Positions 49,246 to 62,667 of a stretch of 64,000 nucleotides of DNA are shown here, in pieces. The stretch is from Leucoraja ocellata (lineage: Eukaryota). Each line of letters starts with the position of its first letter. The first letter of the stretch is position 1. The stretch covers positions 8,432,001 through 8,496,000 of the forward strand of contig JAWMAR010000025.1 of assembly GCA_036785375.1 (NCBI GenBank). The letters are read 5' to 3'. Made by a program: the position numbers and the translations under genes. The notes beneath the pieces were generated by a model that did no database searches, had not been told where the DNA came from, and was given only the letters and a program-made list of their open reading frames with translations.

Positions 49246-52200
49246 GTGATGCTCCCTGACCAGCTGAGTTACTCCAGCATTTTATGGGGGGTTTTTGTCA
49301 ACCACCATCTGCAGTTCCTTGTGTCTATAAACATTTCACACTCTACTCCACTATATATATGTGTGTGTATGTATGACTCTTGAGTATTAATAAGGGTCCT
49401 GATCCAAAACATCACCTATAAATGCTCTCCTGAGAAGCTGCAGGCAACATCTCCGGCGGAAATGGACAGACGACAATTAGAGTTGGGATCCTTCTTCACC
49501 CTACTCAGACTGAATAAAGGTCCCGACCCAAAACACTGTCTGTCCATTGTCTCCATTGATGCTGCTTGATCCGTTGAATTCCTCCAGCAATTTGCTTTTT
49601 GTTGAGAAATAAAAATAGAATTGCATTTCAGATCAGTGATCTTTCATCCAAAGTCTAATGCTGTTCAGATATAATTCCTAACGCCATCAATGCTGCACTC
49701 GGCATGATTTTTTAATGAACTCTGAAAAGGTTTACTGTCCATGATCTTGCATTTAATGGCCACTGGTCAATTGTTACTCAGCAAAAAAGCAAAATTTCAA
49801 TTAGACCAAAACAAAGAGGAAAATGCAAGCAATAAACTCCAAGAATAATAGTGACATTAGCTCAAGTATGATATAAAATATAGCATGTAAATATGAATCA
49901 TGAATCTTGGGCTTTCTCTATGATTATAAGCCAAATCACATGCAAAAGTAGAAGCATGAACTTTGAAACGTGGTGTGTGTGGTTCTTCATTCAATGATTC
50001 CTGTTTCTTGTGACATATTTGCCCTTTATGCCAGGAGAATCATTTGGGCACTTTGCATTGGAAATCATACTATTGAGGAAGAACCCAGGATGAGAGAGTG
50101 TCATCATTGTCATAGGGAACCCTACAAAAGGTAAGGTCATCAAATCCATCCACCAACATTCTGGGTCTCGACCAGAAACGTCACCTATCCATGTTCTCCA
50201 GCTGACCGGCTGAGTTACTCAAGCACTTTGTGTTCTTTCGAACAGTCTGTGCCTTTGCTTCACTGTCATGCTATTGACACCATCTCTTCAACTAAGGCTG
50301 GAGTAGGACTTAACAAGCAGTAAATCCAAGAAACTCGTCCAGTAAAATCAAGCAAAGTGGATAAAATGTCCAAAAACTGCTGTGGAATTTTAATCCGGGC
50401 ACTGTGAAAGATCCAGCCTTTAGGAATTTCTCTAATACTCTAATCTTTAGGTGCCACCATCAGGAAGCCCCAATTAAAGAACAAAAGGGAATGTTTACAA
50501 TACATAACATATTTTTCAATATTCCAAAGCGCATGAAAGGAAATAAAAAATCTTTTGAAGTTTGAGAGAAAATTGTAGCCACCACTTTCTCAGTAGCAAG
50601 TTTCACAAATAAATGTTTTCCTATCAAGTGTGATGGGAAGATTGAAGAATTAAATATTGGATGGTGAATTGTCCCAGCACTTCTGCTGATTGCATAGAGG
50701 GAGCAGATGGCTGGTCTAAAAGACAGCACTCCAATCTATTAGTAAATGAAATCACAATATTTCATTCTCCTCCTGGTTTACATTCAAAAGCTTCTGGGTG
50801 GAAAAAAAAAACAGGTGTAAGATCTCTCCTGTTGGTCTAGAGTCCTTAGAAAGATATTAAAATGCTGGAATAACTCAGTGGGACAGGCAGCATCTCTGGA
50901 GAGAAGGAATGGGTGACGTTTCGGGACGAGACCCTTCTTCAGACAGAGTCCTTTACTCCTATGAGGCAATAATATCACAAAAAGAAAGTCTAATAATAGG
51001 CAGAAAATGTTAGGGAAATTCAGCAGGCTATGCAGCTTCTGTGGAAAGAGAAACAAAGTGAACATTTTATGACATAAAAAGGCACAAAGAGCATCTCTGG
51101 AGAAAATGGATAGGGAACATTTCAGGTCAGGACCCTTCTCCAGCCTCTGTAACGCCCGAACAAATATCTCTGAATAATTTAAGACAAATAATCAGTGCTC
51201 AAGGTAGGAATTTAGAATTATTTTACTTTATTATCACATGTGGCATGAAACTGTGAAATTCTTTGTTTTGCATTCCATACACAAACAAGATGGATTGAAA
51301 GGCCGTCTTCATCTGATCTGCAGCATACAATCTGCAGTGGGTTGGAAATTTATATTGATCTGAAGAATAGTTTGGATTTTAAATCTTTCAAATTGTATGA
51401 GCAGAAAATAGGAAAAATAAACCTGGGAGATTACCAGTTTTTAACCTTTCTGAAACTTTCTGTGTAGAAGAAATGGCAGCCAATCTAGATTTTTATACAC
51501 AGTGATGGGTTAGTCGGTGTATATTGACCTTAAGGACTTTGAGGGGAAAGTCCTACATATACTACCATATCTCAAAACCAATACAGTGGGCATTGTTGTT
51601 AAATTACTAAAAATTCCTACTGCAAATGAGATATGAGCCACAAAAATTAGCAGCCGCAGGAACACTTAGTTCTGAGCAGTTTAGTGTGGTATATTTTATC
51701 TCTATTGCTATTTGTTCTTTGTTATTTTATTACTTATATTTGAGTTCGACCATTGCCTATACTGAATAAAGAAATTAAATATATCTTGAGGGCAACTATT
51801 TGTTTTAGTCAGTCATGATTTAAGACACTAGCAGATGGTTCCGCTTTAAGCTGTTTCATGTGTTGATTTCAAGATTATGAGGGTTTCCTATAAAAGAGTC
51901 AGAAAGTCCCTTGAGCTAGCTACGTATTTACGACTGCAGTGTGCAGATAAGGCAAGATGCAAAAAAACATTTCCTCCCAGTTTTTTCTCTCAAAGTTCTG
52001 CTATTGTTTCAAGCCCAGAAGTTGTATGCATGTATGGCTTTGGAAGCGGTATGGTAGCAATGGTCATTATTGAAATATTTAAAAAAGAATATTCAAATAA
52101 TATCCTTAAGATGCCAATAACAGTTAATATTTCAAAGTAAACAATATATTGGCAATTGATAGATGCAAAGTGCTGGAGTAACTCAGAAGGTCAGGTAGCA

Positions 52201-53751
52201 TCTAAGGAGAAAAGGGATGTTTCAGGTTGGAACACTTCTTCAGATTTCTCCATACGGAAGGGTTCCAATCTGAAATCGTTTTTTTTCCAGAGATTCTGCC
52301 TGACCCACTGAGTTACTCCAGCAGTTTGTGTCTATCTTTGGTATAAACCGCCATCTGCAGTTCCTTGCTGCACAATATATTGCCATTACCTGGATGAATT
52401 CTGAAGATATATTGATGGGACAATTGTTATTCTTTTTTTTTAATGCTTTGTATCTCATTGATCTTTTATTAACGCATTTCTCAATGCAGTGGAACATATC
52501 TTATGTTTCTTCGTTGTGCTGTTTGCTGAGCATAATGTCTTTCTGGGCAGTGAGTCATCAGTAAAAGTATGAGTCCCAACCCAATGACTCAGCTACTTTA
52601 AATATTCTGTGTGCAGTGCAGATTAGTCCATTTATTTAGTAGAAGCAAGGCCACCATTGGTTTATGGCTGGCAATCCTAAATTTAGTTTAAGTATTTATT
52701 TCAATAAAATAGTTTGGCCACCAAATTAAGTTGTCCCATGCTTTATTTTGATGATACAATGCCTATTTCTTCAGAATTTCATTACTGGATCCAAAACACA
52801 CAATTGGAATTAGTTTAGAGATAGTTTAGTAAAACTGAGTGAGTTAAAAAGTGCAGATCCTGTTTTGTGTGGCAGTGTGTGAAGTCAGTCTTCATGCAAT
52901 GCCAATTTAATGCCTCTCCTGTCAAACTGAGTCGTGCTCTTCCACTCGTTTCTATCTCACCACTTTGCCTCTCTATACCAGCTAATCTCCCTCTCCACTC
53001 TCAGTCCTGACGCAGGGTTTCGACCCAAAACGTTGGCTCACAGACCAACTGATTTCCTGCAGCATCTGCAGTCCCTTGGGTCTACTTGTGTACAATGTCA
53101 GAAGGGATTATGAAGTAAGGAACTGGGAAGCAAGAAGGCAGACGTGAAATGTGTGAATGTCTCTCCCTGGGGCCACTGACAATATCTTTTGCAATGTGTT
53201 GTTGATGACAGTTGTGTACCATCTTGTGCTGCCAGAGAGAGCATAATCTGCCACTTGCATATATCATGGTTGAATGGTGATCAGTGCCTGAGGATTTAGT
53301 GAACATTAGATAGAGGGATAGGTAGAGATCGAGATAAGTCACAGAGATCATGGAGTAATATAGGGCATGACCAATCCCATGACTACTCATCCATGTCGAT
53401 CAAGATACCTCTCTGAAGCTAGTAGTCCCTTTAAAAGTTATTATAAACTGAGAGGATGTATTGCTAATTCATTGCTTACTAAAATTACATTATTTCAATG
53501 TTGAAAACTTTATAATTGCGAAATATTTCCAAATATCTGACATCCACCACCATTGACTGTGTTTCAGTATGTCTACATCGTGAAATATGCCATTAAAAAG
53601 ATGTTAGGGTGTTCAAGCATAAAGCAAAACCACAAATCACTGGGTGGATGTCATATTCTCGATCTGCAGAGCTATTTTGGCCACAATTATATTAACTTTT
53701 GCAAGTGCAGCCTCCCACTGTTGCGTATTGAGACAGTCATTAGTGGAGTCC

Positions 53752-54027
53752 AGTGTAGGAAGGAACTGAACATGCTGGTTTACACTGAGGGTAGACACAA
53801 AATGCTGGAGTAACTCAGGGGGACAGGCAGCATCTCTAAAAAGAAGGAATGGGTGACGTTTCGGGTTGGGACCTTTCTTCAGATTGAAAGCCGGGGGAGG
53901 GGGAAACTGGAGATATGGAAAGGTCCCTGACTCTTTCTGAAGAAGGGTCTCGGCCCGAAACATCACCAATTCCTTTTCTCCAGAAATGCTGCCTGTCCCA
54001 CTGAGTTACTCCACCATTTTGTGTCTA
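53752..54027. repeat. PLE-derived inverted element with a hammerhead motif on each strand
   Basis: Inverted PLE tails with motifs at 53855-53882(-) and 53937-53964(+). Similar arrangements at about 15940-16295 and 55735-55938. Confidence 0.75.
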
Positions 54028-56844
54028 TAAGTAAAGTCTTTCCTTCTTAGACATTCTCTTGAGCTCAGTGATTATTTGTTTCCTTTTCCCGAGTGGCAAT
54101 AAAGTACTGTCTGTGATCAGTGGACTCTGTCACAGGTACAACAAATGGTACTTCATGGGGTAGGTCGATGGGTTTTTAGGAAACAGTGCGCTCCTTTTGC
54201 TCTTTGCACATTGACTAATATCATAGTGGCTCTGGCTCTTAATAAAGTTGCAGTGACAATATGTGTGGAAGTTTTTACATATAAATAAAAATGCAGGTTA
54301 GAGTCTTTTGATGAAAAGTTCATTGAATAACAAAATCTTGATACTTTCAGTTGTGAATAATTATTATATCCCTTTACTTTGATACCAAATTTGATATTGT
54401 CCCATAATATATTCATGACTAGGAAAAAGGGACATTGAAAATAGAACAATACAGCCCATTACAGGAGCAGGCAATTGTCCATTATGTCTATGTGACCAGG
54501 ATACCAATCTAAACTAATCCCATCTGCCCAAACATGGTCTGTATCTCCCTAGTCTCAGTCTGTTTGCGTCTGTCTAAATGTCTCTTAAACTCTGCTTTTA
54601 TATCTGCTTCTATCTCCTTCCCCAACAGAACATTCCATGCACCTATCATTCTCAGTGTGAAAAGAATTGCCTTGCAAATCTCCAAATTTCCATCTTGAGA
54701 AAAAAGATTCTGACTGTCTCCCCTATCTTTGGCTCTTATGTTTTGTTATGGTTTCCCTCAGCCTCCAACACTCCAAAGCCTCGTCCCCAAATAATGCCGT
54801 ATCATCACCTCAACATTTCTCTCAATCTGTTTTGCAACAACATTGCACCACCAGCATTTTAGAACTAATGGAGAAATGGTCAAACTGCAGTGATTACACC
54901 AGAAACACAAAAACATTCATTATGAAGATGCATCACAGCTCTGCCCAAGACCACAAGTAATCACAGAGAGTAAAGACCATCACACAGATCAGACTTCCCC
55001 CTAATCCTCTCCCCCCCCCCCCCCCCCCGCCCCCACACCCACTCCATCTATACTTCATGCTGTCTCAGGAAAGCAGCTAACATTATCAAACACCATTTTC
55101 ACCCCAGTCAATCCCTCTTCTCCGCTCACCTGTCGGGAAAAGAATACAAAAGTTTGAAAGCATGTACCATCAGATTCAGGAACAGTTTCTTCTCTGCTGT
55201 ACTAAACGGTCCTCCCATTAGCTAGTGTGTAGTTCCGATCTTCCAGCCTACCTCATTGTCCTTTTTTAAAATTAATTTGCACTTTCTATGTAGCTCTAAT
55301 GCTGTTACATTATATTTTGCAATCTGGCATTCCTCTCTTTGCACGACCTGTTATACTTGCGTAATGGATTGATTGTACTCGTGTATTCTATGATTTGACT
55401 GGATAGCATGCAAACAAGGGTTTTCAGTGTATCGCGGTATACATGACAATAATAAACCAATAGCATTTGCAGACAACAATGTTCAGAAGCCAACCTCTGC
55501 CCATTGATAAAGTTTCACTGAAATTTATGAGAGGATAGGTGTTACTCTCAACATTGGCATAATAGTAGTCCCCTACTAACCTGCCCCTTTTGCATCCACA
55601 CTGACCTCCGATAATAAAGGTTTACAGCTGGAGCCTGGAAACTGCAGTCCACTTCCCATATTTTGGAATCCAGCTCTCAGAAAGGCAGATATTGATAATG
55701 AAAGTCACCAGTACATTCATTGTGGCTGGTAAAAGCATAAAGTGCTGGAATAACTCAGTGGGCCAGACAGCATCTCTGGAGAACATAGATAGGCGACATT
55801 TCAGGTCGGGACCCTTCTTCAGATTGAAGAAAGATCCCGACTCGAAATGTTACCTATACATATTCTCCAGAGATGTTGCCTGGCCTGCTGAGTTCCTCCA
55901 GTACTTTGTACCTTTTTTTTGTAAACCAGCATCTGCAGAACATTCAATATGCTGGCACTACCTTTGGTCAAGTAAAGAGAAAGGCATTATTGAATACAAC
56001 AAATCAGGTACGTAGAATGAGAATAATGTAACCACCAACTGAATATCAAAAATGCAGATGCTAGAATAGAAACAGAAAACGCAGGAAATATTCAGTAGCT
56101 CATGTTGGAAGGGCCCCGTCCCCAAAACTTAAACTTTTATATTTCCAGAGATGCTGAGAGTTTCCAGCCCTTTTCTGTTTTGATTAATATGTTAAACACT
56201 TTAAAGTAGTGCATCTCCTCATGTATAGGGCTAAAAAATTGTTTGTGATTCAAATAGTAAAACAATTAAAACATAAATACACTTTTTGCTTAATTTTTCA
56301 CTTTTTATGTCTATTTTTAAGTCACCTAGCTTTTCGTTTTAATGCTTTTTTATTCATACTTTGTTACTTTAACTTCCTGAAATCGCAAAACAGTGGATTG
56401 TTAATGAATTACAGAGTGGTTATATATTTTACTAATATTCAGAGGCTATTGGGATTTAAAACGTGTGAACGCAATATAGCTGGAAGAAGCTGGGATGATG
56501 TCATGGAGCACAAGACGGGGTCTGTACGGTTTGTCAATGTCATCTCAACCCTCAGGCACTTTATTGCCTTAGAGCACAGAACAACCTGTGCCACTGTCCA
56601 CAGAGTAGTCCTGCGTGGCTTTGTTATTGTTGGAGAGGTGCAGGTGTCATGTTGCAAAAGCACCCTCACTGCTCAGATGTCTGACCTGAAGCTGCATTGC
56701 ACCGTGTTTTTTTTTTAAAGAAATGCACAGATGAGGTTTTTTTTCTTCCTCTCTCTCGGCTCCCCTTCCTCTCTCCAAAAGAAATGATTGCACCCAAGAC
56801 AAGATTCCCACTGTCTGTCACTCAACGCAACTTTGGACCTTGGA

Positions 56845-57450
56845 TTTGAGTGACGTTCGGGGCGGCCAATGGGATGCGGGGAGTTCCGCGTCAAGCGTCT
56901 GCGGCCGCCAATCAGTGGCGGATGGGGGCGGGACTGGCGCAGCCAGCAGGGTAGGCTGCGCGGAGGGTTTGTCAGACCGGGAGAGCACTAACGGTTGAAG
57001 GGAAAAGAGAGAGGCAATAAATGAGCAAAAACTGCCAGCGACTTCAGGTAAGGCTTCCCCTCGCTCACGAACTATCCCCGAGGGGCGTTTGGCGGTGTTG
57101 TCACGGTGATTCTACCTGGCAATACCGGGTTTAGAAGTGCGTAACCAAGGGGGAGAGGGGGTGTCGGCGCTGGTTGCCAAGGCTTCTTTTCAACGCTCAC
57201 CTGCGGCCCAGGTAAAGGGGAGGGGGGCTGCCAGGACAGCGCTGCGCAGTTGCCGCGGGTCGCGGTGAGATTTCCGCCGCCGACTTTTAATGGACCCTTT
57301 AGATGGTGTGCGTGATGGATGGGGAGGCGAGAGAGACACCGACAGCAGCACTGCGGAATTTGCACCTCGGTCACTCCCCCAGGCACAGGCTGTGGCAGTG
57401 GGTGCGGGCAACAACAGGCACGCTTCCAGCCCACGCCAGCGTCCTGCTCT
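56845..57450 (+). promoter_or_regulatory. CpG-island promoter of an unidentified downstream gene
   Basis: CpG-rich non-repeat block containing TGACGT (56851), GGGGCGG (56859), CCAAT (56866 and 56908) and GGGGCGGG (56925), followed by a strong donor CAG|GTAAGG at 57047/57048. Confidence 0.7.
56960..57047 (+). other. Probable first exon of the downstream gene (start approximate; possible ATG at 57021 giving MSKNCQRLQ)
   Basis: Lies just downstream of the CCAAT/GC boxes and ends in a consensus donor. Coding status unknown. Confidence 0.5.
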
Positions 57451-58832
57451 GACATTCCACCTTTGCATTTGTCTTTTTTGCCCACTATTTTTTAATTTGT
57501 TTTAATAAGAGAAACTTTTAAACCAGGAAACCGCTGCATCTTTCCTGCTCATCTTTCAAATAATAACTGGGTGGGATGGACTGTCAGGATTGGAGAGAAT
57601 TATCTTTATTGAATATTTCCCTTTCTCTGTATCAGTATAAATGAAATATCGCTTGGATTTTTTTTTTTAAAAAGCTGCAGTGCTGCCGCAGTTTTAAATA
57701 GTAATTAAATAGTAATGCTTAAGTTCCAAGAATAAACTTATAGACCATTTTTTTTCCAAGTTGCCTGCTTCTTATTGCAGAAACTGAATTCTGACTATTT
57801 GTTCAAATGTTCAGGAATGTTTCGAGCTTTTTTTCCCCCGAAAGCATCTATTAAACTGCTATTGAAACTTTCTATTAACTTTTAAAATGCACGACTTTTT
57901 GTTGTTGTGTTGGCATTTATTCAATGTTTGTACGGCGTTTACAGAAACCTGGTACATTAATGTCTGTCATTCATAGATAACTGACGTTACTGATTGCTGT
58001 TGCATATTGATTCTGCTAATATGTTTGGTATTTATTTGAGGGATGAGATATTGTATTCAGCTTTGAAAATACAAAAGTTAATGCACCAATAACTAAACGG
58101 TTTGGGTTTAAATGATCAGATAAAATTATATTCGGACCTTTGCATTAAAAAAAGGTTTTTGAGAAGTTTTCAATTCTTTTCTCAACCAAATGATGAAATA
58201 ACCAAGCTACGATCACAACATTCATGTGTGACACGCTGTAAAGTTTATTGATTCTCCTTCCCCATGCACTGTAGAAGCAGAAGTGACTAGCCACACTTTC
58301 TAATAAATCAACCTTCACAGAATCAATTCAAGATAACTATTCAAAGTGACTTTTTACATTCAACCTTAGTTTATCAAAGATAGACACAAAGTGCTGGAGT
58401 AACTCAATTTGTCAGGCAGCATCTCTGGAGAAAAAGGATAGGCAATGTTCAGGGTGGGGACCCTTCTTCAGAGTTTTCCAATATTGGCATACTTGCCATT
58501 TCAAGATTGTGTGAATTTGATGGGATATCATGTAAAATGCTGTAAAATACATTTCTTGTTTTGGAAAATGCATAAAAGTCAAATGAAGTTCTAAATGCTC
58601 TGCAGTTTAATTAAAAATAACTAAAAACACCCGAATAATCTCTTCTGAACATGTTTATGCTTCCAACATATGCCATTGATATAACAGAGAAAATAAAGAT
58701 TTATTGAACAATAACAGTATAACCCAAACCAAATTGTAAATGTTAAAAATCATAAAGTGCATTCAAAATAGAACTATACAGGGGATTCACATTAATGTGT
58801 AGTTTAATTTATTTGAAGTCTCAATTGAAGTC

Positions 58833-59410
58833 TACTCTGATCAAGAAGGCTCATCAGCGTCTCTTCTTCCTGAGGAGACTGAAGAAGGTCCATCTGTCTC
58901 CTCAGATCCTGGTGAACTTTACCGCTGCACCATCGAGAGCATCCTTACCAACTGCATCACAGTATGGTATGGCAACTGCTCTGTCTCCGACCGGAAGGCA
59001 TTGCAGAGGGTGGTGAAAATTGCCCAACGCATCACCGGTTCCTCGCTCCCCTCCATTGAGTCTGTCCAAAGCAAGCGCTGTCTGCGGAGGGCGCTCAGCA
59101 TCGCCAAGGACTGCTCTCACCCCAACCATGGACTGTTTACCCTCCTACCATTTGGGAGGCGCTACAGGTCTCTCCGTTGCCGAACCAGCAGGTCGAGGAA
59201 CAGCTTCTTTCCGGCGGCTGTCACTCTACTCAACAACGTACCTCGGTGACTGCCAATCACCACCCCCCCCCCCGGACACTTATTATTATTTATTCAAATC
59301 GTTTGCTATGTCGCTCTTCAAGGGAGATGCTAAATGCATTTCGTTGTCTCTGTACTGTACACTGACAATGACAATTAAAATTGAATCTGAATCTTGAATC
59401 TGAATCTGAT
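58833..59410 (+). mobile_element. Rex1/Babar-type LINE 3' fragment
   Basis: KKAHQRLFFLRRLKK...(frameshift)...CTIESILTNCITVWYGNC...LQRVVKIAQRITG...GRRYRSLRCRTSRSRNSFFPAAVTLLN, with a TGAATC repeat tail. Related decayed pieces at about 45910-46410(-), 25470-25800(-) and 54960-55460(+). Confidence 0.8.
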
Positions 59411-60420
59411 GGGGTTTCCAGTCTTCTAAATTATTCTTTGAATTCCAATAACATTTAAATATCTATCAAATTGGTAATACATTTCCAATACATTCCTCTC
59501 TCCTAGATACAGGATGTATTTTAATTTAAAGCAGTAACGGAACTAAACACTTTCATTGCAGCTGTTGGCAGAGCATAGATTTACTATTATCATATTTCCT
59601 TTTTTTTTTAAGTCAGATTTACCGTGTAAAAGCATTTCAGGTTACAATGGTTAACTATAATATTACAAATATGCAAATTAAACACATCAAAACATATTAA
59701 TATGCTAAAATTGTGTTATAAACCAATTCTGGTGAAAAGTCAATGACTTGAAATGTTAACTTTTCTTCACAAATGTTGCCTGACCTACTAAGTCTTTATA
59801 GAGTTAAGGTTCACTGATTCTTACTTGGGATAACTTAAAACCTTTGAAAAGCAACAGGTCATTTGGCACTAAGTCACTACTTGAGTTTGTTCTCAATTAT
59901 CATTTTGCATTAGCACAGTTGCCACAATTGTTTGTATGTACATGAGTATCATGCACAATCCCATGACTGCATTGTTAGCGCATGAATAATGTTTTCCAGA
60001 ACGTTCTGAGGTAAATTAGAAAAATGTACAGCCGAACAGGACACTGGAGATCAATTGATCTAGCAAGTGTTGCTTTACACCCGTAACTGTCAACAGAATG
60101 AGGAATGCGGTGAAGTTCAAAACTGGTCTTATACACATGAGCAACTTCAGTCTACTGGCAGATATACACTGACACTCCATCTTCATAGTAGTTCTGTTGA
60201 GCACAGAACAATGTTATTTTCATTGTTTCCAATAGGTTTGAGAACTGAACCAATTCGTTTTCTGAGGCCAATCAGATAGATTGCAATCATCTTTTACCCC
60301 GACTGAATCCGTTTTAAAAACTATTTTAGTTTTGGTAATTTTAGCTATTGTTCTATTATTTTATTAGATTTTAAGGCCATAATTTCAAGTGCAAAATATA
60401 ATGGGACATTAATTGACTAT

Positions 60421-61142
60421 ACCTCTGACATTTTCTACACCTCCAACGGAATCCCACCACTGGCCACATCTTCCCATCTCCTCCCCTTTCTGCTTTCTGC
60501 AGAGACCATTCCCTCCGTAACTCCCTGGTTAATTCGTCCCTTCCCACCCAAACTACCCCCTCCCCTGGTACTTTCCCTTGCAACCCCAGGAAATGCTGCA
60601 TTTGTTGCTTTACCTCCCCCCTCAACTCCATCCAAGAACCCAAGCAGTCTTTCCAGGTGAGGCAGATGTTCACCTGAACCTTCTCCAACCTCATCTATTG
60701 CATCCGCTGTTCCGGGTGTCAACTGCTCTACATCTGTCAGACCAAGCGCAGGCTTGGCGATCGCTTTGCCCAACACCTCCGCTCAGTCCGCAATAACTAA
60801 CCTGATCTTCCGGTGGCTCAGGTTAGTTATTCTCCCTCTCCCATTTCGAATCCGACCTTTCTGTCCTGAGCCTCCTCCATGGCCTGAGTGAGTCCCACCG
60901 CAAATTGTAGGAACAGCACCTAATATTTTGCTTGGGTAGTTTACACCCCAGTGGTATGAACATTGACCTCCAATTTCAGGTAGTCCTTGCTTTTTCCTTC
61001 CTTCCCCTCCCCTTCCCAGATCTCCCACAGCCCTCCCCCCCGACATCAATCTGAAGAAGGGTCTCGACCCGAAACATTGCCTATTCCTTCGCTCCATGGA
61101 TGCTGCCTCACCTGCTGAGTTTCTCCAGTTTTTTTTGTCTAC
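60421..61142 (+). mobile_element. Penelope-like element (PLE) 3' fragment: decayed GIY-YIG endonuclease, 3' UTR and hammerhead motif
   Basis: A frame reads PGTFPCNPRKCCICCFTS...FT*TFSNLIYCIRCSGCQLLYICQTKRRLGDRFAQHLRSVRN (Cys-rich linker + GIY-YIG pattern, in-frame stop). Followed by CTGAAGAAGGGTCTCGACCCGAAACATT at 61051-61078 and the tail shared with the window's hairpin repeats. Confidence 0.85.
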
Positions 61143-62460
61143 ATTCCTAATATATGTCGGCACCAGTAACTGATCAAGATAATTTGCTCTGTTCATTGAA
61201 TCTGAATAAAGATCCGGTTTTATTTCTGCATGTGTAGCCTGGTTCTAGGCATGAGCAATGGTCTTATGTTCAATACACACATTGTGGGCCTAAGGGCCTT
61301 CTGTGTTGTACTATAGCCAAATCATTGATCTGGGTGTGTGTTTTTTATACTTGCATATTCTGGCAGTGATGATGGCTATTCAGCCCATCAGCTCTGTGTT
61401 GCCTCTTAGTAGAGCAACTATGTCAGTCATTAGCTTCCCTTTTGTTACTCAGTTAACCTACTAACTCATGTTTGGGATGTGGGAGGAAACTAGAGCAACC
61501 AGTGGAAACCCATGCAGAGAACATGCAAACTCCACACAGGAAGCACCTAATGATTGAATCTTTGTCCCTGGGGCACTGAGACAGCAACACTAACTGCTTT
61601 GCCACTGTGCACTTTGATTATCTTTTTAAACAGTTTGTAGAAATAACTCATTTTGCTTTCCCAGGATGTCACAAGACTTGTACAAACTATGGGACAGGTT
61701 AAATTTATTAGAAACATAGAAAATGGTGCAGGGTTAGGCCATTCGGCACTTTGAGCCAGCACCGCCAATCAATATGATCATTCTGTAGACTTACAACACC
61801 AAATCCTTGCCTGGGTACCACAAGAAAAGTTGGTATTAATAATACTTCACTGTATTATTGGTATATTAAAACAAGGTGATAAAATTAATAATGTGAAGGT
61901 CATTGCGGACACATTTGCTACTAATGCCATGTTTGGCAAAGTTGTTTTTTTTTTAGATATTGTTAAACAGATCATTGAAAAAATATTTTATTTAAATTTT
62001 TAGAACATTTTTTGGTTGTGGAATGATTCCCATGTACAAATTTAACCCAGCATCAGATTGGCATTTATCAAGCGACTGCTAATTGTGGATATAAGATCTG
62101 GAGCTGTTCTACAAAGCAAACTGATTGTGATTATCACTGCCAGTGTCATTGTTCAATTATTAATGTACCTGTATTACTATAACTCGTTAGTTTTATCAGA
62201 ACAACTAACATGTACAGTTTGAATGATCAGGAGCATGTTGTTTGATTATTGATCTGAACCACAATAGCATGTAAAATAGTTTTTTCTATATACAACTGTT
62301 TCACCAATATTACTATGCAACTGGATAGCTATGAGATTCAATCTAGGGTCAATGCATTTGCTAACAAAACAAATGTCGATTGTATAACAAAGTAATCTCT
62401 TTCTATGCACATACAATCTTCATTTGATAGTCATTATTTTAAACCACTTTTATTTTGAAG

Positions 62461-62540
62461 GTGAAACCTGCAAAAGATTAGGCGGCCAATGAATGACTGG
62501 AACATTGGCAGACCTTAAATATTGTTCAACATTGTGACGT
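62461..62540 (+). other. Candidate 80-nt non-coding (5' UTR) exon of the downstream gene
   Basis: T-rich tract + TTTTGAAG acceptor and GTAAGT donor at 62541. Stops in all three frames. Confidence 0.3.
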
Positions 62541-62667
62541 GTAAGTAATGTATTCATTTCCACTATCTAATGCTGGAAATATTTTGATCTACTAAGTTTT
62601 ATCCAATTTGTTATCTGATTTTTTTAAATTTTTTTTTGTATGGCTTGGTACAATTATTTGATATTTT

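Noticed and set aside
48776-49383. Long ORFs of 157 and 189 aa
   Set aside because: They consist of X residues from the N gap.
60067-60279. Possible coding exon of the downstream gene (NEECGEVQNWSY...)
   Set aside because: Weak acceptor and no family motif I recognise.
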